64,000 nucleotides of DNA, taken from contig OZ024741.1 in NCBI GenBank assembly GCA_964016885.1, forward strand, positions 412,734,001 to 412,798,000, read 5' to 3'. Made by a program: the position numbers and the translations under genes. The stretch's first letter is position 1. Each line of letters begins with the position of its first letter. The DNA comes from Eledone cirrhosa (Eukaryota). The notes beneath the pieces are model-generated. The model worked only from the letters and a program-made list of their open reading frames with translations, was not told the DNA's origin and made no database searches. Positions 40,795 through 52,810 of the stretch are shown in pieces.

Positions 40795-43031
40795 TTAACA
40801 TTTCAAATACAAACCTCTCAGCCCAACAAGTAAAAATTCTCTCCAAAGGTCTGAAATTCATACCAACACCACAATATCCTAACCCCAACGAGATAAATGA
40901 CGATATCTCACACTTCTGTAGAAAATTACGTCTCACAGAGGAATTCTTTGACAAGGAGAATAACGACGAATCAATTGTACGGAATAAAAGCAGCTACAAC
41001 CCAACAAAAGGTAGAAACAGAGTTCTGGACAAATTTTGTGACCACATAGCTACCTTCCCATACCATGAACTACCGCAACCTAAACCCAAACCCAACACAA
41101 GTCGAAGGGAATGGGAGATTATCCATGAACTAAAAAACAACCCGGACATTGTAATTAAGGAAGCGGACAAGGGAAGTACTGTTGTCATTATGGAGGCTGA
41201 AAAATATAAAAATTCTATGTTCTCTCTCTTACAAAATGCTAATTACTATGAAAGAGTAAAAAACTACCAGCAATCAAAAATAATGACCAAATTAAACACA
41301 CTGATTTATCGATACCAGGAAGACCTAACTAAAAAGGAACGCGATTATTTAACAAATTTTGAATACAAAACCAGCAACCTTTACGGACTTCCGAAGATCC
41401 ACAAATGTAAAATAATCAACGATGCCTGTAAACAATCCACCTCAGCCTGCGTGAACACACAATACCCCACAGACCTTAAATTAAGACCAATTGTAGCGGG
41501 CCCACAATGTGAAACACACAGATTGAGCAACTTTATAGACATACTACTGAAACCAATACTGAAACACATACCAAGCCTTGTAAGAGACGATCTGGACCTC
41601 TTAAACCACCTCCCCAAACATGTCAACAACGACACTATTATTGTGTCTTTCGATGTAGTGAATCTCTACACAACGATCCCACACCAATACGGACTAGAAG
41701 CAATAGGATTCTGGCTAGAGAAATATCCCAATGAGATACCTGACAGAATAGAAAAAAGCTTCATCACCGAGGGATTAAAATTCATCCTACAGAACAACTT
41801 TTTTGATTTCGATGGCAATACTTACAAGCAAATATCGGGGACTGCGATGGGCACAAAAGCCGCTCCAACTTATGCCAACTTAGTCATGGCATACTTAGAA
41901 GTCCAGATATATGAACAGTCCAAATCAAAATACGGATTGAACTTCCACAAATATTTATCAGAGAATTGGAAACGCTACTTGGATGATTGCCTCATTCTTT
42001 GGTCCCACACACTCGACCAACTGAAGGATTTCAAAAACTTAATAAACGGCATCAATAACCACATCCAATTCACAATGGAATACAGCCAAGATCAACTCCC
42101 ATTTCTGGACATCTTAATCACAAAAAAAGACACAAATATCGAAACTGACATACACGACAAACCAACAGATTCCAAACAATATCTGCTATTCACCTCCAAC
42201 CATCCAAAGCACACGAAGACGAACATTCCTTTTAACCTAGCAAGAAGAATTTGCACAATTGTCTCCAATTATGAAACGCGAAATAAAAGACTTCAAGAAT
42301 TAAAGGAAATTCAACTTGAGAGAGAGTACCCACTATTACTAATAAATAATGAAATAGAAAGGGCTAAAGCAATAGGCATTGATGAATTACGGAAACAGAA
42401 ACAAATTCAAGGTACGTCCAATATTCTATCATATATCTCAACACACAACCCAAGAAATGCGGAAGCTTACAACACTATTCACAATAACATCCCACTACTA
42501 AAACAAAACCCAAGAATGAAAAAAGCCCTTGAAACACACAAAATAATCAAAAGCAAAAGACAACCAAAATCACTGAAAACATTACTCACCAATGCCAAAT
42601 TACCTACCACAAACCCACAACCAAGTATCAAAAAATGTGGTCGCTCTAATTGTGGAACCTGCACTCACCTCATTGAAGGCAACACGTATACATTTAAATC
42701 AGGACAAAATTTTACTGTAAAAAATCACTTCACTTGCTCATCAAAAAATCTAGTTTATGCCATTAAATGTAAAGGATGCAATGAAGATTATATAGGACAA
42801 ACTAAACTCACACTCAGAAACAGAATGACAGTTCATCGCCAACAATTACGAGATCCAACCACGAGACAGATACCACTAAGTGCACATCTAGACATTTGCG
42901 CAAGTAATAAGACACCCAAATTCCAAGTCTTCCCATTTTACCTTTGCGCTAACAATACAACAGAACAAATGCGAATAAATAAGGAAAATATGTTTATTCA
43001 AAAATATAGACCAACATTAAATAAGGTTTAA
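40704..43031 (+). CDS. PLE reverse transcriptase, Zn-finger linker and GIY-YIG endonuclease (frame open from 40704, no ATG near its start)
   Basis: IINISN, GLKFIPTP, IKEADKG, YGLPKIHK, SFDVVNLYTTIP, GTAMGT, RYLDDC, PFLD, KCGRSNCGTC, NLVY..DYIGQT..R...H; no internal stops. Confidence 0.93.
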   Translation, partial: KNIPEKSFFRPRLQDSRHPVAQTDFEKPKIINISNTNLSAQQVKILSKGLKFIPTPQYPNPNEINDDISHFCRKLRLTEEFFDKENNDESIVRNKSSYNPTKGRNRVLDKFCDHIATFPYHELPQPKPKPNTSRREWEIIHELKNNPDIVIKEADKGSTVVIMEAEKYKNSMFSLLQNANYYERVKNYQQSKIMTKLNTLIYRYQEDLTKKERDYLTNFEYKTSNLYGLPKIHKCKIINDACKQSTSACVNTQYPTDLKLRPIVAGPQCETHRLSNFIDILLKPILKHIPSLVRDDLDLLNHLPKHVNNDTIIVSFDVVNLYTTIPHQYGLEAIGFWLEKYPNEIPDRIEKSFITEGLKFILQNNFFDFDGNTYKQISGTAMGTKAAPTYANLVMAYLEVQIYEQSKSKYGLNFHKYLSENWKRYLDDCLILWSHTLDQLKDFKNLINGINNHIQFTMEYSQDQLPFLDILITKKDTNIETDIHDKPTDSKQYLLFTSNHPKHTKTNIPFNLARRICTIVSNYETRNKRLQELKEIQLEREYPLLLINNEIERAKAIGIDELRKQKQIQGTSNILSYISTHNPRNAEAYNTIHNNIPLLKQNPRMKKALETHKIIKSKRQPKSLKTLLTNAKLPTTNPQPSIKKCGRSNCGTCTHLIEGNTYTFKSGQNFTVKNHFTCSSKNLVYAIKCKGCNEDYIGQTKLTLRNRMTVHRQQLRDPTTRQIPLSAHLDICASNKTPKFQVFPFYLCANNTTEQMRINKENMFIQKYRPTLNKV

Positions 43032-43512
43032 TATACATTATGTCAACACCACAATATGACATACACACACACACATAACACCTTCTACTTTAGAAAATAA
43101 AAACCCGAACTAAATAAACCTTAAACATACGTTTGCACTGGCAATACAACAGCAAACACGAAAAAGTCAGGAAAATATGTTCATTCAAAAATATTCCTAC
43201 TAAAGGAATCATTTTCCTACACACACACATACACACACACAATATATATATATATATATATATTCTCTTCATCTTAACATGCTAACCATACTCCCACACA
43301 CATAACACCCATACACACACATAACAACCCCCACACCTACAACACCCTCCCCATTTCTACTAATAGAACCACTTTCCTACACACATATATATATACACAC
43401 ACACAAAATATATATTCTCTCTATCTAACATACTCGCACACACACATAACACCCATATACACACACACACAACTCCCTCCCCCATCTCTACTAATAGAAT
43501 CATCTTCCAATA

Positions 43513-43558
<46 letters not shown>

Positions 43559-44076
43559 AGCACACAAATAAACACATATCTTCAGTCTCAATAGAAAATC
43601 TGAACTCTGACACCTGAACTCTGACAGCTGGCCATATTCACTGAACCAGAACATTTCTCCCAATCCCTTTTCCCTTGACCACTATCTCTCCATTGTCATA
43701 ACATTCACTATAAAGACTACAGAATAGTTTTCCAAATAAGGGCGCAAAAATGTAATGAAAACTTGTTCACGTGACAGCCAAATTTCATTTATAACCAACC
43801 AAAAAAAAGCCTTCGTGAGCCTCATTTTTTCAAGTAAAAAGAAATTCAAACACTCATATATGAAAAAACAACCTGTGACAACCCCCCCCCCCCCGCTCTC
43901 TTATTTGAAGAACTATTGTAACGCGAACTGGCGCGAAATTTATTATAATTATTGACAAACCAATCAAATTACTTCTCGAAAAACCTGGTTTTCGAGCCAC
44001 TTTTTCCATATAAAACAAGTAACATTTAGAGACCAACCAGATGTGAGAAAAACCACAGACCCTCCATCTCAACTTA

Positions 44077-44114
44077 CCTTTTGAAAAGCAGAAGAACTTC
44101 GAAACCGGTAAAGG
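44077..44114 (+). ncRNA. Minimal type I hammerhead motif, U3-A8 variant, in the 3' pLTR
   Basis: CCTT TTGAAAA GCAG aagaa CTTC GAAA CCGG TA AAGG, followed by AATAAA. Confidence 0.7.
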
Positions 44115-44247
44115 AACCAAATAAATATATATATATTTTTTTTAAAAATAAGACTTCAGTTGCATTTTCGATTTCATCCCTTTTTCTTTATACTTCCACT
44201 CGTGTAGGACACCTCGGTTATTTTTCGTTTTGTAAAAAAAACCTCAC

Positions 44248-44278
<31 letters not shown>

Positions 44279-44279
44279 A

Positions 44280-44324
44280 ATATATGTGTGTGTATATATA
44301 TGTATATGTCTGTATGTGTTTGTG

Positions 44325-44355
<31 letters not shown>

Positions 44356-45373
44356 ATGCCTCTCTATATATATATATGTGTGTGGATGTGTGTGTGTGTA
44401 TGCATGTATGTGTGAACGGATGTATATATACGGACATATGTATATGTGTGTGTGTGTGTGTGTGTGTACACGTGTGTGTGTATGTGTATGTGTATGTGTA
44501 TATATGTATATTTAGTTATGTATCTTTATGTGTGTATATATATGTATATGTATGTATATATATATATATATACCCATGTGGAGGTATGAGTACATATTCG
44601 TGTGTGTACGTATGTGTATATGTGTTTTTATATGTGTCTTTATATGTTTTTATGTATGTATGTGGATGTATATGTACATGGGTGTGTTATTGATGGTGTG
44701 TGCCTATATATTCCTACATATGCCCGTGTGTCTATGTACGTATATACGCACATATGTGTGTGTTGAACAAAGGACTAATTTTGGGATGGACGTAGAAAAA
44801 TTCTTCAGAAAAAATAATTGTTTACAAGCTTGGCAAGTGCGGTTTGCCTATGACCATTTTTCGATACAAAGGAATACTAAAAGCTTTTTCCCCTGAATAA
44901 AGGAATTTTTCGAGAATGACCGGGGCAGGCCGCGCTTGCTACATTTCTCCCCACCCAACCCTACTCACTGTCTCAACTCATTACTGCTATTAACATTTTT
45001 TCAACACACCTACACCCCTACACTTATTAAAGGGGGAGAAAAAAAACCCCACCGCACCACAAACATGTTAAATCCCTATATATAGAACAACACACCACAT
45101 ACACATCAGTTTGATAAGCGCACCTCAGCGTGAAAGGTCTTTCTAAAAACGAAACAATACCTCCTACGTTAACCAAGAACTCCTCAGACCTAACCAACAA
45201 CCAACGACTCAATTTATTATTTTCTATTTTTTATTTTTTTTCTAATCCGGAAAAAGATTCTTTTTGGATTTCGTGAAGAAAATAAATTTGTTGAAAGCAC
45301 AAGTGAAGCCATTTTTTTCTTACCCCCTGTCTTAATATACCTAACTGTACCAAGGATTATACACATTTTCCAA
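44280..45373. repeat. Right copy of ~1-kb direct repeat flanking the PLE
   Basis: Collinear with 38400-39498, with a 34-bp extension. Confidence 0.9.
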
Positions 45374-45619
45374 TATATATATATATATATATATACATAT
45401 ATACATATATATACATATATATATATATATACATATATACATATATATATATACATATATACATATATATACATATATACATATATATATATACATATAT
45501 ACATATATATATATACATATATACATATATATATATACATATATGCATATATATATATACATATATGCATATATATATATACATATATATATATATACAT
45601 ATATACACATATATATATA

Positions 45620-45842
45620 CAGTACGTTATTCCGGGTTGAATCGGAGGTAACCACAGTAAGTAAGGTACTCAATACATTGCAGAGTATAAAAGTTTTAAT
45701 ATAGATGAGATTCTACAGGACTAGAACTGTTTCATTCTTTAGAAATCATCAGGAATCTGAAATCATCAGAAATCATCAGATTCCTGATGATTTCTAAAGA
45801 ATGAAACAGTTCTAGTCCTGTAGAATCTCATCTATATTAAAA
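45620..45842. mobile_element. PLE pLTR fragment with 67-bp inverted repeat (45694-45760 / 45776-45842)
   Basis: Reverse-complement homolog of 56713-56850; both arms carry a complete hammerhead motif. Confidence 0.88.
45778..45828 (+). ncRNA. Type I hammerhead ribozyme, canonical core (mirror copy 45708-45758, minus)
   Basis: AGATTC CTGATGA t TTC taaa GAA t GAAACAG ttctagtc CTGT A GAATCT: 6-bp stem I, 4-bp stem III, GUA triplet. Confidence 0.8.
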
Positions 45843-46129
45843 TTTATATATATATACATATATATATATACATATATATATACATATATATATATATACA
45901 TATATATACATATATACATATACATATATATATATATATATGCACATATATACATATACATATATATATATATATACATATATATACATATATATATATA
46001 TACATATATATACATATATATATATACATATATATACATATATATATATACATATATATACATATATATATATACATATATATACATATATATATACATA
46101 TATATACATATATATATACATATATATAC

Positions 46130-46160
<31 letters not shown>

Positions 46161-46189
46161 CATATATATACATATATATATATATATAC

Positions 46190-46220
<31 letters not shown>

Positions 46221-46243
46221 CATATATATACATATATATATAC

Positions 46244-46284
<41 letters not shown>

Positions 46285-46409
46285 TATATACATATATATA
46301 CATATATATATACATATATATACATATATATACATATATATATATACATATACATATATATACATATATATATATATATACATATATATACATATATATA
46401 TATACATAT

Positions 46410-46475
46410 ATATGATGGCTGCCCCCTCGTTATCGAGTATGGCCATTGCACAATAAAAAAAAAAAAAAAAAAAAA

Positions 46476-46512
<37 letters not shown>

Positions 46513-48802
46513 GCAATAATAATAATAACGACAACAACAATAATAATATACATATTCATATATATATACACACACACGCACGCACATAAGCATATCTACA
46601 CACACACACACACACAAACACACGATAGCAACTAACAGTGCTGCGATCGAATGTGGCTTTTTAGCCCAGCCAATGATCCAAAATGTCTTGCACAGAGTCG
46701 GCAACCAAAACATTTACTGGGAATAGTCGGCTGTGGTTGGAGTTCGTGTACTTTTGCATGTCGCTTGAGTCCTCCTGCTGATTTACATTCTCTACCACAT
46801 GTTTGGCAAGCATGATGAGTAGCATCTCCAACAGCAGCCTGGTAGTCAACCACTGGTCTTACTTTATGACTGCGAAGATGACTTTCGAGTCCAGCTTTGC
46901 TTAGGCAGAGTCTCGCACAGACGCTGCATGTCAGAAACATAGGAGGACCCTCGCCGTCTGGAAGTGCAACAGCAATACCCTTCCTCACGTCCCGCTTTAC
47001 TTTCTCGTGTGCGATTCGAGATGCCTCAAAGGCAACTTTTCCCTCATATACAGTCTTTCTCCACCCATTACGATCAGCAGCAATATTTTCCCATGTATCA
47101 GCAGAGATGTTAGCGTCTTTCAGAGAGGCCTTCAAGGAATCCTTATACCTCTTTTTTGGTTTATGTGGCGGTCGTTTTCCTTTAACCAACTCTCCATAGA
47201 AGAGTTGTTTTGGTATTCTAGAATCCTTCATCCTGGCAAGGTGACCACTCCAACGGAGTCGCTGCTTAAGCACAAGAGCTTCTATACTGTCACACATAGA
47301 GCTTTCCAAAATCTCGACATCACTGATGTGGTCCCTCCAGCGAACGCCATGTATCCGTCTGAGACACATCTGATGGAAACGCTCCAATTGCTTAAGGTGG
47401 CGTCGATATGCGACCCAGGTCTCGCAGGCATAAAGAAGACAAGAGAGTACACATGCCCTGTACACCTTTACCTTTGTCCTCCTGCATATGTCTCGCCGAC
47501 CCCAGAGTCGCCTTTCTAGCTTTCCGAAAGCATCACTTGCTTTCCTAATCCTAAGTGAGATTTCACTGTCAAGGTTGCCGTATCGATTGACAGTGCTTCC
47601 CAGGTAGACAAACTGATCAACCACTCCAAGTCGTTTGCCATACACATAGATGTTTGGTTCAGTGTACTGCCTACCAGGTGCAGGTTGGTACATGACGACG
47701 GTTTTCTTGAGACTGACAGTCAAACCCAGGGCAGTGCAAGCGTCAGAAAATACATTCAAAATGTGCTGCATATCACTCTCTGTGTGCGCTACAAGATCGC
47801 AATCATCTGCATACAAGAGGTCTCTTATGACTGATGTAAATACTTTTGTCTTCGCAGCAAAGCGCCTGATGTTAAATATGCTGCCTGAGGTTCGATATCG
47901 GATGTAAACACCATGCTCGCAATTCCTGAATGCAACACAGAAAACCATTGCAAAGTATATGGCAAACAGGGTCGGTGCTGGAATATCCCCCTGTTTCACT
48001 CCATTTTTTACTGAGATAGGCTCCGACATGTTACCTCCGACATTAACCCAAGCCTTCATGTCGTCATGGAAAGACCTAACTAAAGCAAGGAACTTATCAG
48101 GGCAACCAAGTTTCTGGAGAACCTTCCATAATGCATCTCTGTTGACAGTATCGAAAGCCTTTGTCAGATCGACAAAAACCTGATACAGATCCAAGCCCTG
48201 TTCAATGCACTTCTCCTGGAGCTGTCCAGCTGAGAAGATCATATCAGTAGTGCCGCGTCCAACACGAAAACCAGATTGACTTTCAGGAAGGACACAATCT
48301 GCAATGTGTGTCAGCAGACGGTCCAGAAGCACCCTACATAAAACTTTCCCCACGACAGAAAGCAATGATATACCTCTGTAGTTCCCACAATCATTCCTGT
48401 TACCCTTTCCCTTGTACAAGACCACCATTACTGCATCTCTCCAGTCCTCAGGCACGGATTCATTAGCCCATATCCTTCCAAACAGAGAGTGAAGATGTTG
48501 CAGGAGTCTCTCACCACCATATTGTAGGAGCTCAGCATGTATGCCATCCATACCTGGAGATCTTCCACTGTTCAGCTTCGAAATAGCCACTGCAACCTCC
48601 ACAAGTGTCGGAGGCTCTGCGAGAGCTACTTTCACAGGACTTTCCGGAATGAGATTGAGGAAATCTTCACTGACGACAGACGGCTGATTCAAAAGATCAT
48701 CAAAGTGCTCCCGCCACCTTCGTAGAATTCCCTGTGAGTCACGAAGAAGTTCTTTGCCATCCCTGCTGCGAATCGGTGTCACCAGAGAAGAAGACGGTCC
48801 AT
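46410..48802 (-). mobile_element. 5'-truncated RTE (BovB-like) LINE with uninterrupted RT and three C-terminal C2H2 zinc fingers
   Basis: [54 protein letters not shown]; three CxxC..GL..H...H fingers; stop at 46632; 3' terminus TGGCCATACTCGATAACGAG..GCAGCCATCAT. Confidence 0.95.
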
Positions 48803-48804
48803 AA

Positions 48805-48845
<41 letters not shown>

Positions 48846-49077
48846 TATATACATATATATACATATATATATACATATATATACATATATATACATATAT
48901 ATATATACATATACATATATATACATATATATATATATATACATATATATACATATATATATATACATATATATACATATATACATACATATATATACAT
49001 ATATATATATACATATATATACATATATACATACATATATATACATATATATAGATATATATATATACATATATATT

Positions 49078-49149
<72 letters not shown>

Positions 49150-49153
49150 TATT

Positions 49154-49215
<62 letters not shown>

Positions 49216-49217
<2 letters not shown>

Positions 49218-49740
49218 AAACATGAGAAGAAAGAATACTGCGTGGTTGCAAATGGGTTACATATGATAAAAATAGTCCTTCATCAGTGATTTTCCAACCT
49301 TCATTGGTATTTCATCGCTTTAAAAATCATATACCTCCGGTTGGTGCGAGCAATAGCTAAATAAAGCTATTGGGACAAGTAAATCGCGTAAAGCGAGCGA
49401 GACAGTAAACAACAAGGAAGGATAGTAACGCAGAGATAGGAAAAAACAAGCAGCATGGGGATCCGGTCAGCTTAAGCTGTGTGGATTTCATGAGCGAGGG
49501 CAATACAGACCGTCCGACGTGAGTGAGATGTGAGCAAGAAGAGAACCCACTACAGGCCAAGCGGGAGGAAGTGAGAAGGGGAGAAACAGAGAGTGAGTGA
49601 GTGGAAGTACGAGGAAGAGGACAGTCGAGAGAAAGTGTAACTGACAGAGGGGGCGAAAGAAGGTGAGAGAAACAGAGAGTGGGGAAGCAGTAAGAGAGAA
49701 ACAGACAAACGCAGCTGAGGAATCGAATAAGGAAAAGCGA
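49216..49740 (-). mobile_element. pLTR-like unit related to 26242-26927
   Basis: Shared CCAACC..GAGGTATATG..GAAATACCAATGA.GGTTGGAA.ATCACTGATGAAGGACTA..TCATATGTAACCCAT block preceded by a pyrimidine-rich tract. Confidence 0.7.
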
Positions 49741-49772
49741 AGTAGTTTCAGATGTCCATTTCTTTTAATAAT

Positions 49773-49852
49773 AAAGCTGTGATATATATTTCAATGGCGA
49801 CAGTGGCCACACTGTTCTACGTAACAGTGTCGCGACATCGTCAGACAGCTTT
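49773..49852 (-). ncRNA. Type I hammerhead ribozyme, canonical core, extended stem II
   Basis: AAAGCTGT CTGACGA [45-nt stem II with GCGACA/TGTCGC and CTGTT/AACAG] GAAA TATATA TC ACAGCTTT: 8-bp stem I, palindromic stem III, AUC triplet. Confidence 0.82.
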
Positions 49853-49869
49853 TTAGAATTCTAAAAAAT

Positions 49870-50363
49870 TAAATAAGCCAACCACCTCCGAAACCAATCC
49901 CCGGACTGGGGCTCTATGTAATTGCCTAAATAAGGAAGCATGCCCACTTGAAAACAAATGCCTCACAAATGATATCATATACAAATGCGATGTCATCTCA
50001 GGCACCGAGGATTGCAAAAAAACTTACATCGGCATGACCTCCAACAACTTTAAGACCCGTTGGTATGCCCATACCCACTCCTTCAGAAGACCGGATAAAT
50101 CAAAACAGACAACACTCGCCTCCTACGTTTGGGACCTCAAAAGGAACTCCACCCCCTTCACGCTTAAATGGAAAATACTCCGGAAAGCGCGCTCTTACAA
50201 CGGAGGACACAAGGGCTGCGACCTTTGTATTTCAGAGAGCTACGAAATTTTATTCGCCAAGGGCCCGCTACTGAACAAACTCTCTGAACACTGCCCGAAC
50301 TGCATGCACAAGAACTTTGCAACTTTCAAACACTTTAAGCCAGTGTTAAAGCCCGATGGCTAA
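49870..50363 (+). pseudogene. GIY-YIG endonuclease C-terminal fragment of a 5'-truncated PLE
   Basis: CNCLNKEACPLENKC..DIIY..KTYIGMTSNNFKTRW..H..SF..CDLCISE..LLN..E..C.H; preceded by an inverted hammerhead-bearing piece. Confidence 0.85.
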
Positions 50364-50786
50364 AAACGACCTCCCCCTATTGGCCCCTATACCTCCTCCC
50401 CACCGTACCCCCACCCCTCCTCAACCTGAAATACGGCCACTATGGTTATGTGAGTACCTCTTTCGTATCTACCTTTTCTGCCTGTAGAGGTGTTTTTATG
50501 TGCCTGCGTATATGCGTATATTTATTGAGTACTTATTTATTTGTATGTGTTTATTTGTTTGTATGTGTGTATATGTATGTGTATGTGTATATATATATAT
50601 ATATATGTTTGTGTGTATATGTGTTTTATGTGTGTATATTTATGTATGTATGTATATGTATATATGTATGTATATGTGTATATATATATATATGTATATG
50701 TATATATATATATATGTGTGTATATATGTGTATGTGTATGTGTATGTGTATGTATGTATGTATGTATGTATGTATGTATGTATGTG

Positions 50787-50915
<129 letters not shown>

Positions 50916-50916
50916 A

Positions 50917-50976
<60 letters not shown>

Positions 50977-51000
50977 GGCAGGTGTGTATATATGTGTGTG

Positions 51001-51037
<37 letters not shown>

Positions 51038-51167
51038 GTATATATATGTGCGTGAGAGAGAGAGTGTGTATATATATTTGTGTGCGTGTGTGTGTATGTG
51101 TGTATGCGTGTATATATATATATATATATATATGTGTATATATGTGTGTATATTTGTATATGTATGG

Positions 51168-51219
<52 letters not shown>

Positions 51220-51334
51220 ATATATATTTATACATGTGCATGTGTATATGTGTGTGTGTGTGTGTATATATATATATTTGTGTATATATGTGTGTGTGTA
51301 TATATGTGTGTGTATATGTATGTATATATATGTA

Positions 51335-51990
51335 TATATATTGGTAAACGGAATAGAAAATGCTGACAAATTGTTCACAGTTGAAAAATGGTTTAATTAG
51401 GAATAAAAGAGTATTAGTGATTGTATGGGTTAGTATTCAGTTGTGGTTTTAAGTTTTTAAGTTTTTACCGGTTGCGCATTTCTAAATGCTTTTCAAAAAT
51501 AATTTTGAGATAGAGTGTCCGTGCTGTTTGCTCTGATCTGATTAGTTTTGGGAATTCTACCTGTTTTTATGTTTAAAAAATGGCTCCAGCGTTATTTTTG
51601 TGTTGCAAAAATGCTTGTGGTCAAAACAATTTTGATTGGTCGGTAGAGGTCATGTGAATGTAAAAAGTTGATTTTGCGCCAAGACTGTTTTTATGTTAAA
51701 ATGTTAGAAAAGTGGCTCCAGCAAAAATTATGGTCAAAACAATTTTGATTGGTCGGTAGAGGTCATGTGGATAAAAAATTGGTTTTGCGCCACACACACA
51801 CACACGCACTTCTCCGTATAAGACAAAAGCTGAAAAATATCTTTTGACCTTCGAATGACTCTGCTGTGTGTATGTACGCACACACACACACACACACACA
51901 CACACTTATCTTAATAGCCAGTTGACACACATCGCTGGTGGCTATTGTCGCAGCATCGAACACCTCCTTACTACTACTACTACACACACA

Positions 51991-52035
<45 letters not shown>

Positions 52036-52521
52036 TTGTTGTGAAAGAGTCATTTCTCAATCTTGGCGCAAAACCAATTTTTTATCCACATGACCTCTAC
52101 CGACCAATCAAAATTGTTTTGACCATAATTTTTGCTGGAGCCACTTTTCTAACATTTTAACATAAAAACAGTCTTGGCGCAAAATCAACTTTTTACATTC
52201 ACATGACCTCTACCGACCAATCAAAATTGTTTTGACCACAAGCATTTTTGCAACACAAAAATAACGCTGGAGCCATTTTTTAAACATAAAAACAGGTAGA
52301 ATTCCCAAAACTAATCAGATCAGAGCAAACAGCACGGACACTCTATCTCAAAATTATTTTTGAAAAGCATTTAGAAATGCGCAACCGGTAAAAACTTAAA
52401 AACTTAAAACCACAACTGAATACTAACCCATACAATCACTAATACTCTTTTATTCCTAATTAAACCATTTTTCAACTGTGAACAATTTGTCAGCATTTTC
52501 TATTCCGTTTACCAATATATA
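51335..52521. repeat. 458-bp inverted repeat (51335-51792 / 52064-52521) of a PLE pLTR with 271-bp spacer
   Basis: Arms read as exact reverse complements by eye; each holds a ~113-bp internal duplication and a hammerhead-like motif (51463-51499 minus, 52357-52393 plus). Confidence 0.93.
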
Positions 52522-52554
52522 ATAACTTGTGTGTTACACCTCTATTCTTTTAAC

Positions 52555-52607
<53 letters not shown>

Positions 52608-52638
52608 ATGTGTATGTGTATATGTGTGTGTGTGTGTA

Positions 52639-52685
<47 letters not shown>

Positions 52686-52714
52686 ATATGTATGTTTGTA
52701 TGTATGTTTGTATG

Positions 52715-52745
<31 letters not shown>

Positions 52746-52810
52746 ATATGTGTGTGTATATGTATGTATATGTGTATATTTTTATATATATATATATTTA
52801 TGTATATGTA

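Larger units (their letters stand above)
39538..44255 (+). mobile_element. Penelope-like element (Neptune-type) with inverted 5' pLTR piece, ORF1, intact RT-GIY-YIG frame and 3' pLTR
   Basis: 39538-39603 is the reverse complement of about 44125-44191; two long ORFs; hammerhead motif at 44077-44114. Confidence 0.93.

Noticed and set aside
51335-52521. DNA transposon or MITE with long TIRs
   Set aside because: Arms resemble the PLE pLTR at 24.6/44 kb and contain hammerhead-like motifs; one arm extends beyond the repeat, as in PLE inversions.
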